DNA from: Felis catus
Taxonomy: Eukaryota
Length of the DNA: 64,000 bases
Direction of reading: 5' to 3'
Assembly: GCF_018350175.1 (NCBI RefSeq)
Contig: NC_058368.1
Span: forward strand, 187,056,001-187,120,000
The notes beneath the pieces are model-generated. The model was not told the DNA's origin, did no database searches, and saw only the letters and a program-made list of their open reading frames with translations. Numbering within the stretch: position 1 is the stretch's first letter; each line of letters begins with the position of its first letter. Positions 13,060 through 23,880 of the stretch are shown piece by piece. Both the position numbers and the translations under genes were made by a program.

Positions 13060-13130
13060 ACTTACCTGTTTATAAAAGAAAAGCCAAAATGGAAGAGATT
13101 CCAAGCCATTTAGGTCAACATTAGTTGTGA
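13060..13130 (-). promoter_or_regulatory. Candidate recursive splice site (3' splice site abutting a 5' splice site)
   Basis: The minus strand reads caactaatgttgacctaaatggcttggaatctcttccattttggcttttcttttataaaCAG|GTAAGT. Function is inferred only. Confidence 0.4.
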
Positions 13131-13148
13131 AAATACTGAAATAGACCA

Positions 13149-13443
13149 AGGTCACCTGGGTGGCTCAGTCAGTTGAGCGTCTGACTTTTTTTTTTGGCTC
13201 AGGTCATGATCTCATGGTTCCTAGGTTCAAGCCCCACATCAGGCCCTGCACTAACAGCATGGAGCCTGCTTGGGATACTCTCTTTCCCTCCTTCCCTCTT
13301 CCTCCCTCTCCCTCCCTCCCCCTCCCTCCCTCCCCCTCCCTCCCTCTCCCTCCCCCCACATCTACTCCTCCCCTGCTCATGCTCGCTCACACTCACTCTC
13401 TCTCTCAAAAAAAAAAAAAAAAAAAAAAACCTAAAAAAATAAT
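13149..13443 (+). mobile_element. Can-SINE with expanded (CCCT)n tract
   Basis: TSD AAAATACTGAAATA at 13130-13143 and 13444-13457; long poly(A). Confidence 0.93.
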
Positions 13444-13626
13444 AAAATACTGAAATACTCCAGATGGAAAAAAGACCTGATGGGTGTCTCTGCAAACCAG
13501 CTCATCTGAGTTATCTCTATTGCTGATCCTTTGGGAACAGTACAATTACATACCGTATCTAACAGCATCCTCCTCCTGGATTTAGGACACTGTCTCAAGA
13601 GAGGGTCTGCTAAAGCTAGTCATAGA

Positions 13627-13830
13627 TGGATGCCTGGGTGATTCAGTCGGTTAAGCATCTTACTTTGCCTCAGGTCATGATCTCACAGCTCATGGGTTCA
13701 AGTCCCAAGTCAGGCTGTGTGTGCTGACAGCTCAGAGCCTGACAACCTGCTTCAGATTCTGTGTCCGTCTCTCTCTACCCCTCCCCTGCTCATTCCCTCC
13801 CTCCCCCCACTTCTCTCCCTCCCTCCCTCC

Positions 13831-13861
<31 letters not shown>

Positions 13862-13884
13862 AAATATAAACATTTAAAAAAATT
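13627..13884 (+). mobile_element. Can-SINE
   Basis: Degenerate TSD taaagcta(g/a)t(c/a)atag at 13611-13625 and 13885-13899. Confidence 0.93.
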
Positions 13885-16260
13885 TAAAGCTAATAATAGC
13901 CTCCACCAGGTTCCTCTACTCATCCCTTCTAAAATACTGGCCTGGGACTGGAACATGTGTTATCAGAGACCATCCCTTGGCATGCCCAATTGGGGAACCA
14001 GTGTCTTATAGGAGAAAACCTATATCCTGAGGTCATATTTGAATTTGAATCATTTTCTAATACCATATAATTTTCATCTATTATATCAAGATAACTCAGG
14101 GCTGTTATAATTAACCTGAACAATGTAAGTATTTTGCATACAAAAGTAAACAAAAGATTCTGTCAAAGTATCAGGTTCCATAATGTCCCTTCCCTTCCTA
14201 TAACACCTCCTAGAATTAAGGGTTCTTTGTGTCTCAGATCAATCTGCCTATTTTTGCTCCATACATAATATACTGGTCCAAAAACTATTTAATGAACACT
14301 TACTGAATGCCTTGAACTGTACCACATACACCCAACTAATTAATATTTAGGACATCCTTGAACCAAACATTATGAAGTCTATAGGGGATATAATAAAACA
14401 GTTTCTGTCCTAAAGAGTTTAACACTTAACAATGTCTAATTAAAATATTATTTAGGATTTTATACTTCCAAATGCCATAATGTATGTTCCTGGGAGGAAC
14501 AGAGAGAGGACAGGGGGATGCAAACTGGAGCAACCAGAAGGCTTTGGGGAAAGGGGGCTTGAACTTGGCAGGATGAGAAAGGAGGCGGTAGCTTTTCAGG
14601 TCAGGGGACTGACAGCTATGTCAGCATAAGCATAGTATAGATATAGAAGAAGAGAGGATGGAAAAAATGACAATCCCTTTTCCTACCTGGACTAGATGCA
14701 TTGCGAGGAAAGGGGCTTTTGAAGGTGCTGGAGGCAGAGAAGATTTGGGGGGGACACCTCAGTATTCACTCTGCTTTCTCCCCATGCTGAGAATGCGGTC
14801 TTGTTACCACTAAGTTGAAGAGCTTGGGTAGACTAAAACTTTAAGTCTTATAATTCTTCTTCAAGAATGTTGCCATAAGCCCATACATAAGAGGGCTGTG
14901 ATGTAGAGGATCCTCTTTAGCCTCAAGATGTGTATGAAGGAATCCCCTCCAGCCACATGTCCTATTTGGCAACTGAGAATTCAAGAACAGCCAGCATTTG
15001 GTTTATCCTATTTACCTTTTCCATCAATATGGTGAATTCTTAGCCAGATAAATTGGATCCTTACCATGCTGAGAAAGCCTTCCTGATAGTCGAGGCTGCG
15101 GTGCATCTACTAGGGTTCCCAGAGCCTGCTCTACTTCTCCCATCAGTACCCTCATCACACTGTATCAGGATTGTCTATCTATATCTGACCCCCATGATAC
15201 CGTAGGCATTTATGGGGAACAGGTACCCTATTTGTTTTATTATGTCCACCATTCAATTCCCAGAGCCTTACACAATACCAGGAACATAGATGTTTGATTA
15301 ATGTTTAATATGTTGAATTAAATTGATTATCAGTGTTCCAAGGCAGAGGGTGGCAAGTATATCAAAAGGAATTTGGGGTCAGGACTTGAAGGCCACTATG
15401 CCTGACAAAACATTGAATTTGATGAGTGGGTAGGAGAGTGCTGGCCAGCAGAATAAGAGAATAATAAGCATCAAACTGTATTGCCTGCTCCCCTCTCAGC
15501 AGACCAATGGAGATAAATAGCATACACTTAGTGAAATCATTAGCAGAATGATAACCAAAATCTCCTCATGCTGGGAGCTGGGAGGTAACCAGAGATCACT
15601 GTTGCTTTCCTGCTGAGGACAGAGTAAATGATGTTCAAATCCAGCTGGCCCCAGAATGTTTTTGAAAAGAAGATGATATCTCGGAGGGAGAAAGGGAGCA
15701 GAAACTGTAAGCTGTATCCACTCATCCCAGTCCTATGGAGAAAGATGAGCAGCCTCACTTAGGGTACACCAAGATTGGAGTCTGAGTTGGGCCTTTTTAT
15801 TTGGAGTCTGAGTTTGGCTTTTGTTACTTACTCTTTAAGTAGACTTGACACCCAGTATTACATGAGTTTTAGGTGTACAACATAACGATTCAGCAAGTTT
15901 ATACATCATGCTATGCTCACCACAAGTATAGCTACCATCTGTCACTATACAACACTATTACCATACCATTGCCTATATTCCCTATGCTGTATCTTTGATT
16001 CCTTAACTTATTCATTCCATTACCCATTTTGCCCACCCTCTCCTCTTGGAAACCGTCAGTTTGCTTTCTGTTATTGATATGATTTTGCTGTTTGTTTATT
16101 CATTTGTTTTGTTCTTTAGTTTCCACATATAAGTGAAATCATGGTATTTGTCTTTCTCAATCTGATTTGTTTCACTTAGCATAATACCCTCTCGGTCCAT
16201 CCATGTCCCAAATGGCAAAATCTCATCCTTTTTGTGGCTGAGTAATATTCAGCCACAAAA

Positions 16261-16425
16261 TATATATGTAATATATATATTATAATATATATAATAATAT
16301 ATTATTATATAGAATAATATTATATATTATAATATATATGATATATATTATTAATATTATATATTATATTATATATAATAATAATATATATATTATAATA
16401 TATATTATTATATATATATATAATT
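16261..16425. repeat. AT-only low-complexity (TA/TAA)n tract inside L1
   Basis: Directly visible. Confidence 0.95.
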
Positions 16426-17853
16426 TTCCACATCTTCTTTATCCATTTATCTATTGATAAGTAGGCACTTGGTTGCTTCCCTATCTTGGCTATTGTAAAT
16501 AATGCTGCAAACATATCATTCCCAATTAGTGTTTTGCTTTCTTTGAATAAATACCCAGTAGTGGAATTATTGGATCATACAGTGTTTGTATTTTTTTGAG
16601 AAAACTATATTCTTTTTCACAGCAGCTGCACCAATTTATATTCCTATCAACAGTTCACGAGGGTTCCATTTTTTCCACTTGCCAGCACTTGTTAGTTTTT
16701 TGTCTTTTTTATTCTAGCCATTCTGCCAGGTGTAGGGTGATTTATTATTGTTTTTGATTCGTATTTCCCTGATTAGTGATGTTAAGCATCTTTCCATGTA
16801 TCTGGCCATCTATATGTCTTCTTTGGAAACATGTCTATTCAAGTCCTTTGCCCATTTTTTATAAGATTGTTTGTTGTTTGTTTGGTGCTGAGTTGTGTAA
16901 GTTCTTTATATATTTTGGATATCAACGCCTTGTCAAATAAGTCATTTATAGATACCTTATCCCATTCAGTAGGTTGACTTTTTTCTTTATGATTTCCTTT
17001 GCTGTGTAATATCTTTTTATTTGGGTGTAGTCCCAATAGTTTATTACTTTTGTTTTCCTTGCCTTAGGAGATATATCTAGAAAAATACTGCAATGGCCAA
17101 TATTAAAAAAAAAAGTTATTGCCTATTACTTCTAAAAGTTGTACAGTTTAAGGTCTCACATTTATATCTCGAATCCACTTTGAGTTTATTTTTGTTTATG
17201 GTACAAAAAAGTTTCATTTTTCTGCCTGTCCAGTATTCCCAGAACCATTTACTGAAGAGACCATCTTTTCCCTATTGTGTATTCTTGCCTCCTTTGTCAT
17301 AGATTTACCATGTAACTATAGGTTTATTTCTGGACTATTTTGTTTTACTGATCTATGTGTTCATTTTTTGTACCAGTACCATAGTGTTTTGATTACTACA
17401 GCTTTGTAGTATAGCTTGAAATTTGGAATTGTGATATTTCCAGCTTTGTTAAGATTGGTTTGGATATTTGGGGTCTTCTGTGGTTTCACATAAATTTTAG
17501 AATTACTTCAATTCTGTGAAAAGTGCTATTGGTATTTTGATAGGGATTACATTGAATCCATCAATTGCTTTGGAGAGTGTGGACATATTAACAGTATTCT
17601 GACAACTGATGAGCCTGGAATATTCTTTCATTTGTTTGTGTCACCATTAATTCCTTTCATCAATATTTTATAGTGTTCAGAGTGCAGGTCTTTCACCTCC
17701 TTGATTCAGTTTACTCCCAGATATTTTATTCTTTTTGGTGCAATATTCAATGGAACTGTTAATTTCTCTTTTTGCTACTTCATTGTTAGTGCGTAAACAA
17801 CAAATTTCTGATTAATGTTGTATCTTGAGATTTTACTGAATTCATTTTTTCTA

Positions 17854-17855
<2 letters not shown>

Positions 17856-17894
<39 letters not shown>
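17856..17894. repeat. (TG)n microsatellite
   Basis: Directly visible. Confidence 0.95.
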
Positions 17895-17895
<1 letters not shown>

Positions 17896-18599
17896 GAGTC
17901 TTTAGGGTTTTCTATGTATAGTATCCTGTCATCTGCAAATAGTGATAGTTTAACTTTTCCTCACCAATATGGATGCTTTCTATTTCTATTTCTTGTCTGA
18001 TTGTAGTGGCCAGGACTTCCAGTACTGTGTTGAATCAAAGTGGCAAGAATGGACATCCCTGTCCGGTTGCTGATCTTCGAGGAAAGCTTTCAGTATTTCA
18101 CCATTGAGTATTATGTTAGCTGTAGGGTTTTTTTTATGGTCTTTATTATATTGAGGTATGTTCCCTCTAAACCCACTTTGTTGAGAATTTCATCATGAGC
18201 AGATTATGAAATTTGTCAAATGCTTTTTTCTGCATCCATTAAGATGATCATAGGATGTTTGCCCTCTGTTTTGTTAATTTAGTATATCACATTGATTTGT
18301 AAATATTGAGGACCTTGCATTCTCAGGATAAATCTCACTTGATTGTGGTGAATTATTCTTTTAATGTATTATTTAATGTGGTTTGCTAATCTTTTGTTGA
18401 AGACTTTTGCATCTATGCTCATCAGGGATATTGGTTTGTAGTTTTCTTTGTGGTGTCTTTGTCTGGTTTTGGTATCAGGGTAATGCTGATAGAATTCCTT
18501 CCTCTTCAGTTTTTTTGGGATGCAAGAATAAATTTGAAATGTTTGATAGAATTTACCTGTGAATCCATCTAGTCATGCACTTATGGATTTTGGTAGTTT

Positions 18600-18800
18600 T
18601 TTTTTTTTTTTTAATTTAGTTTTGAGAGAGAGAGAGCAAGTGGGGAAGGGTCAGAGAGAGAGGGAGACACAGAATCTGAAGCAGGTTTTAGGCTCTGAGC
18701 TGTCAGCACAGAGCCCGATGCATGGCTCAAACTCACAAACTGTGAGATCATGACCTGAACCAAAGTCAGATACTCAACAGCTGAGCCACCCAGGTGTGCC
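18600..18800 (-). mobile_element. Can-SINE forming the 3' part of a chimeric insertion
   Basis: Reverse SINE body. Its TSD partner lies ~380 bp beyond the SINE head (see findings). Confidence 0.93.
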
Positions 18801-19819
18801 TCTACTTATTTTTCTTCATTTTTTTTAGTTCAATAATTTGAACTGTCTTCATATTTGCTGATTCTTCTGCCTATTCAAATCTACTGTTGAGCCCCTCTAG
18901 TGAATTTGAAGGGCTCTGGTTGGGGCATGCTTTGAATGCTGTGTCAGGCCACTTACTCTGCCTCAGCTTTCATTTTGTGTTTGTGCAAGGTCAACAAGGA
19001 GTGAGCTTTTACAGCTTTCTCAGGTTTTTCTGGACAGATACACAGCCCTGTACTTGCTCCTGCCTTCAAATTCCCAGGAATATGTTGGGCTTTTTCAAAG
19101 CTCCCTCTTGACATCTCATTCTCTTGAGATATCTCATTTCCTCTTGAAAGTGTTTTCTTTCAAGTTGTTTTGTCTACCGATTTTGGTAGTTTTTTTATTT
19201 CTGATTCAATTTTATTACAAGTAATTAGTCTGTTCACATTACCCACTTCTTGATTCAGTTTTGGAATATTATATTTTTTAAGAATACTGCTTTCCTCTAG
19301 GTTGTCTAATTTGCTGGTGTATAATTTTTCATATTTTTTATAATCCTTCATATTTCTGTGGTGTGAGTTGTTGTTTCTCCTCTTTCATTTCTGATTTTAC
19401 TTATTTGGGTTCTTTCCTGATGAGTCTGGCTAAAGTGTTCTCAATTTTGTTTACCTTTTCAAGAACAGCTTTTGTTTCATCGATGTTTTCTATTGTTTCT
19501 TTCTAGTCTTTACATCATTTATTTATGCTCTGATATTATTTTCTCCCTTTTAGTAATTTTGGGCTTTCTTTGTTCCTTTTCTAGTTCCTTTAGGTGTAAA
19601 ATTAGATTGTTTATGTGAGTTTTTTCTTATTTCTTGATGTAGGCCTGCATTGCTATAAATTTCCCTCTCAGAACAGCTTTTGCTGTGTACCAAACATTTT
19701 AGATCATTGTCTTTTCATTTTCATTCGTCTCCATGTATTATTTCTTCTTTCATTTCTTGGTTGACTCACATTGTTTAGTAGCATGTTGTTTACCCTCCGT
19801 GTGTTTGAAATTTTTTTCC

Positions 19820-19821
<2 letters not shown>

Positions 19822-19864
<43 letters not shown>
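19822..19864. repeat. (GT)n microsatellite
   Basis: Directly visible. Confidence 0.95.
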
Positions 19865-19865
<1 letters not shown>

Positions 19866-20624
19866 TTTCTAGTTTCATACCATTGTGGTCAGAAAAGATG
19901 CATAATACGTTTTCAGTCTTCTTAAATTTATTGAGACTTATTCTGTGGCCTAAGATGTGAGCTATCTTGGTGAATTTTTTGATGTATATCTGAAAATATT
20001 GTGTACTTTGTTTTTTGATGGAATGTTCTAAATATGTTATGTATATCTGGTCTAAGGTGTTATCTAAAGACACTGTTTCTTTATTGATTTTCTGCCTGGA
20101 TGATATATCCATTAATATAAGTGAGGTGTTTAAGTCCCCTATTATTGCATTACCATCAATTTCTCCCTTTATGCCTGTTAATATTTTTTTATGTATTTAG
20201 GTGCTCCAATGTTGGTGCATAGATATTTATTATTATACCTTCTTGTTGTATTGATCTATTTATCATTATATAATGTCCTTCTGTTTCTGTTTTTACAGTA
20301 TTTATTTTAAATTCTGTTTTGTCTGGTAAAAGTATTGTTACCCCAGCTATTTTTTTTTTTTTTTGCTTGGAATTTGCGTAAAATTTTTTTCATCGCTTCA
20401 CTTTCAGTCTGTATGTATCCCTAGGTCTGAAATGAGTCTCTGACAGGAAGTATATAGATTTGTCTTATTTTTTTAATCCATTCTGACACCCTGTCTTTTT
20501 ATTGGAGCATTTAGACCATTTGCATTTAAAATAATTGATAGGTATATACTTCCATTTTGTTTATTGTTTTCTGACTGTGTAGTTCTTCTCTGTTCTTTCT
20601 TTTTTTTGAAATTAATTTTGTTTT

Positions 20625-20814
20625 TAATTTTTTATGTTTATTTTTGAGGGAGAGTGAGCAGGAAGGGGCAGAGAGAGAAGAGAAAGAATCCCAGGCAGGC
20701 TTCATCCTGGCAGCACAGAGCCTGAGATGGGGCTCAATCCCATGAACTGTGAGATCATGACTGAGCCGAAACCAAGAGTTGGGTACTTAGCTGACTAAAC
20801 TACCCAGACACCCC
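20625..20814 (-). mobile_element. Can-SINE nested in L1
   Basis: Reverse SINE body ending cccagacacccc. Confidence 0.9.
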
Positions 20815-20865
20815 TGTAATTGAGTTTTCTGTAGTCTTAAGTTTGTATTGCTTTGTCTGTATTTT

Positions 20866-21059
20866 TTTCAAGTTTGTTTATTGAGAGAGAGAGAGAGAGA
20901 GTGAGGGAGGGACAGAGAGACAAAGAGAGAGAAAATTCCAAGCAGGCTTCTTGCTAACAGTACAGACCTCAACACAGGGCTCAGTCTCACAAACCATGAG
21001 ATGACCTGAGCTGAAATCAAGAGTTGAATGTTTAACCAACTGAGCCACCCATGTGCACC
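20866..21059 (-). mobile_element. Can-SINE nested in L1
   Basis: TSD TTGTCTGTATTTT at 20853-20865 and 21060-21072. Confidence 0.92.
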
Positions 21060-21185
21060 TTGTCTGTATTTTCTGTGTGTCTACTATAGGTTTTTGTTTG
21101 TGGTTACCATGAGGTTCATATATAACATCCTAAGTATCTAGCAATCTATATTAAGTTGATGGTCATTTGAGTTTAAACATATTCT

Positions 21186-21409
21186 TTTAAAAAAAATTTT
21201 TTTAATACTTTTATTCATTTTTGAGACAGGGAGGGACAGAGCATGAGGGAGGGGAGGGGCAGAGAGGGAGGGAGACACAGAATCAGAAGCAGGCTCCAGG
21301 CTCTGAGCTGTCAGCACAGAGCCTGACGCGACACTGGAACTCATGGAGTGTGAGATCATGACCTGAGACGAAGCTGGATGCTTAACCGACTGAGCAACCC
21401 AGGAGCCCC
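21186..21409 (-). mobile_element. Can-SINE nested in L1
   Basis: TSD TGAGTTTAAACATAT at 21168-21182 and 21410-21424. Confidence 0.95.
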
Positions 21410-21641
21410 TGAGTTTAAACATATCCTAAAAAAAACTTTTTTCTACTCCCCCCTCCACATTTTATATATATGTTATTATGTTTTACATTTTTTATTCATA
21501 ATTTCCTTATCTAATTATGGCCTTTTATTTTTCATTTAACGAAGTCCTTAAAAGGACTATCACCTTTCTTGTGAAGTTAATTTAGTGATGATAAACTCCT
21601 ATAGCTTTTGCTTGGGAAAAATCTTTCTCTCCTTTAATTCT

Positions 21642-21720
21642 TTTTAAGAGAAAGAGAGGGACTGTGCACACAACTGTGAGATCATGACCTGCTTAAACTA
21701 CTGAGAACCTAGGCACCCCC
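21642..21720 (-). mobile_element. Internally deleted mini Can-SINE
   Basis: Retains the head (ctgagaacctaggcacccc), the gagatcatgacctg core and the GA/T tail in only ~80 bp. Confidence 0.7.
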
Positions 21721-21734
21721 TCTCCTTCAGTTCC

Positions 21735-21951
21735 TTTTTTTTTTAATGTTTTTTTTTCTGGGAGAGACAGAGTGCAAGGGGGGAAAGGGCATGCACACAC
21801 ACACATACACACACACACACACACAATATGCAACAGGCCCCAGGCTCTGAGCTGTCAGCACAGTCTAATATGGGGCTTGAACCCCTGAACCACGAGATCC
21901 TGACCCAAGCTTAAGTCGAATGCTTAACTGACTGAGCCACCCAGGCACCCC
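21735..21951 (-). mobile_element. Can-SINE with (CA)n in place of part of the GA tract
   Basis: Reverse SINE body; (CA)n at ~21794-21825. Confidence 0.92.
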
Positions 21952-22610
21952 AACCTTCAATTCTTAATGATAACCTTGCCAGGTAGAGTATTCATGATTT
22001 TAGGTTCATTTGCTTTCAGCATTTTGAATACATCATGCCGGTCTCTTCTGGCCTGCAAAGTTTCTACTGAAAAATTAGCTGAGAGCCTTTGGGGATTTTT
22101 CTTGTACGTAGCTTTTTGCTTCTCTCTTGCTGCTCTTAAAATTCTCTTTATCTTTAAACCTTGACATTTTAATTGTCATGTGTCATGATGTGGATTTCTT
22201 TGGGTTCATCTTCTTTGGAACTCTCTGTACTTCCTGAATCTCTATACTTTCTGAATCTGAACTCTGTATACATTCTAAATCTGTATTTCCCTCCCTTTGG
22301 GGGGAAGTTTTCAGCTCTTATTTCTTCAAGTAAGTTTTCTGCCCTTTTCTCTCTCTTCCCCTTCTGAGACCCCTATAATGCTTGTGTTTGTTCATTTGAT
22401 GTTGTCTAAGAGATTCCTTAACCTAGTCTCCTTTTTTTATATATTTTTTAATTTTTTGTTCATCTTGGATGCTTTCCATTACCCTGTCTTCCAGATTACT
22501 GATCCATTTTTCTGGATCTGCTAATCTAGTATTGATTTCCTCTAGTATATTCTTCATGTCAGCTACTCTATTCTTCAACTCTGGCTCTTTTTTATATTTT
22601 CTATCTCTTT

Positions 22611-22800
22611 TTTTAAATTTTTTAAATGTTTATTTATTTTTGAGAGAGAGACAGTCAGTGAGGGAGGGGTAGAGAGAGAGGGAGACGCAGAATCCGAACC
22701 ATGCTGGTAACACATAGCCTGATATGGGGCCCAAATTCATGAACCATGAGATCATGACCTGAAGTCAGATGCCTTAGCCAACTGAGCCACCAGGCGTCCC
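22611..22800 (-). mobile_element. Can-SINE nested in the L1 ORF1 region
   Basis: Perfect 18-bp TSD TATATTTTCTATCTCTTT at 22593-22610 and 22801-22818. Confidence 0.95.
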
Positions 22801-23099
22801 TATATTTTCTATCTCTTTGTTTAGGGTCTTACTAAGTTCTTCCACTCCTCTCTCCAGCCTAGTGAGCATCTTGATGATCATCACTTTAAACTCTTTCAGG
22901 CATATTGCTTCTATCCATTTGATTTAGATATTTTTCTGATGTTTTTATCTTGTTCTTTTATTTGGAGAATTTTCTTCTCTCTCCTCTTTTGCTTGACCTT
23001 TTGTTTCTATACATTAGACAGAAGAGCTAATTCTAAACTTGAAGGAATGGTCTTGTATATGTCCATTCTCTGTGTAAACTGTGTGTACTTGATTGCTTT

Positions 23100-23880
23100 C
23101 ACTGGCTGGCTGGAGCTGTGGCTGGTGTGAACTGGGAGTCACAGGGCACTCCGTGCTGGGGTTTCCTTGTCGGATGGCTGAAGCTGAAGTAGGTGCAGGC
23201 CAAGAATTCCAAGTGTCCTATGAACACAAGTCCTAGGCACACCTATGCACACAGTTGAAGCTTAAGTGGGTGCAAGCTGGGGATTATAGGGGTTCTGGGA
23301 CTCTATACACAGAAGACACTCTGGAAGAACAGCTAAAGCTGAAGTGGGTTCAGTTTAGTGTAGTCCCTGGACTCCCCACAGAGGGTGACCTGGCAGGACA
23401 ACTGAAGCTGAAAAGGGTACAAGCCAGAGGATCCTGGAGCTCCGTGCAGAGAGGTCACCTTGGCAGGATAGCTAAAGATGAAGTGGTATAAGCCAGAGTA
23501 TTCCAGGACTCTTTGTGCCAAGGGTACCCAGACAAACAGCCGAAGTTGAAGTGGATGCAAGCTGAGGTGTCTCAAGCGCAGAGTGCCCTGGCAGAATGAC
23601 TGGAACCTAGGTCAGCACAGGCAGGAGTATCCTGGGGCTCTCTGAACAGGGGGCACTTTAGCGGGTGGCTGGGGCCAAAGCATGTATCACCCAGTAAGTC
23701 TTGGAGCACTTTGCACCTGGGGTGCCCTAGCAAGCCATCTAAAGCCGAAATGGTGAGGGCCTAGAGTGTTTTGGGGTGCTCTACCCTTTTCACCTTGGCA
23801 CAATAGCTGGAGATATAGTGAGTGCTGACAGGGGGGTCATGGTCCTGGTGTGTACTGTCCTGGGTCAGCCTTGTGGGATG
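23100..23880 (-). repeat. Diverged tandem array of ~68-70-bp units in the old L1 5'UTR
   Basis: A GCTGAAGCTGAAGT-like motif recurs near 23108, 23177, 23253, 23332, 23402, 23471, 23539, 23599, 23668, 23738 and 23806. Confidence 0.85.

Noticed and set aside
23100..23880. Regularly spaced repeats resembling a CRISPR array or a repeat-protein ORF (23255-23491)
   Set aside because: The whole unit is repeated and diverged, with no unique spacers and no cas genes. It lies in a eukaryotic L1 5'UTR.
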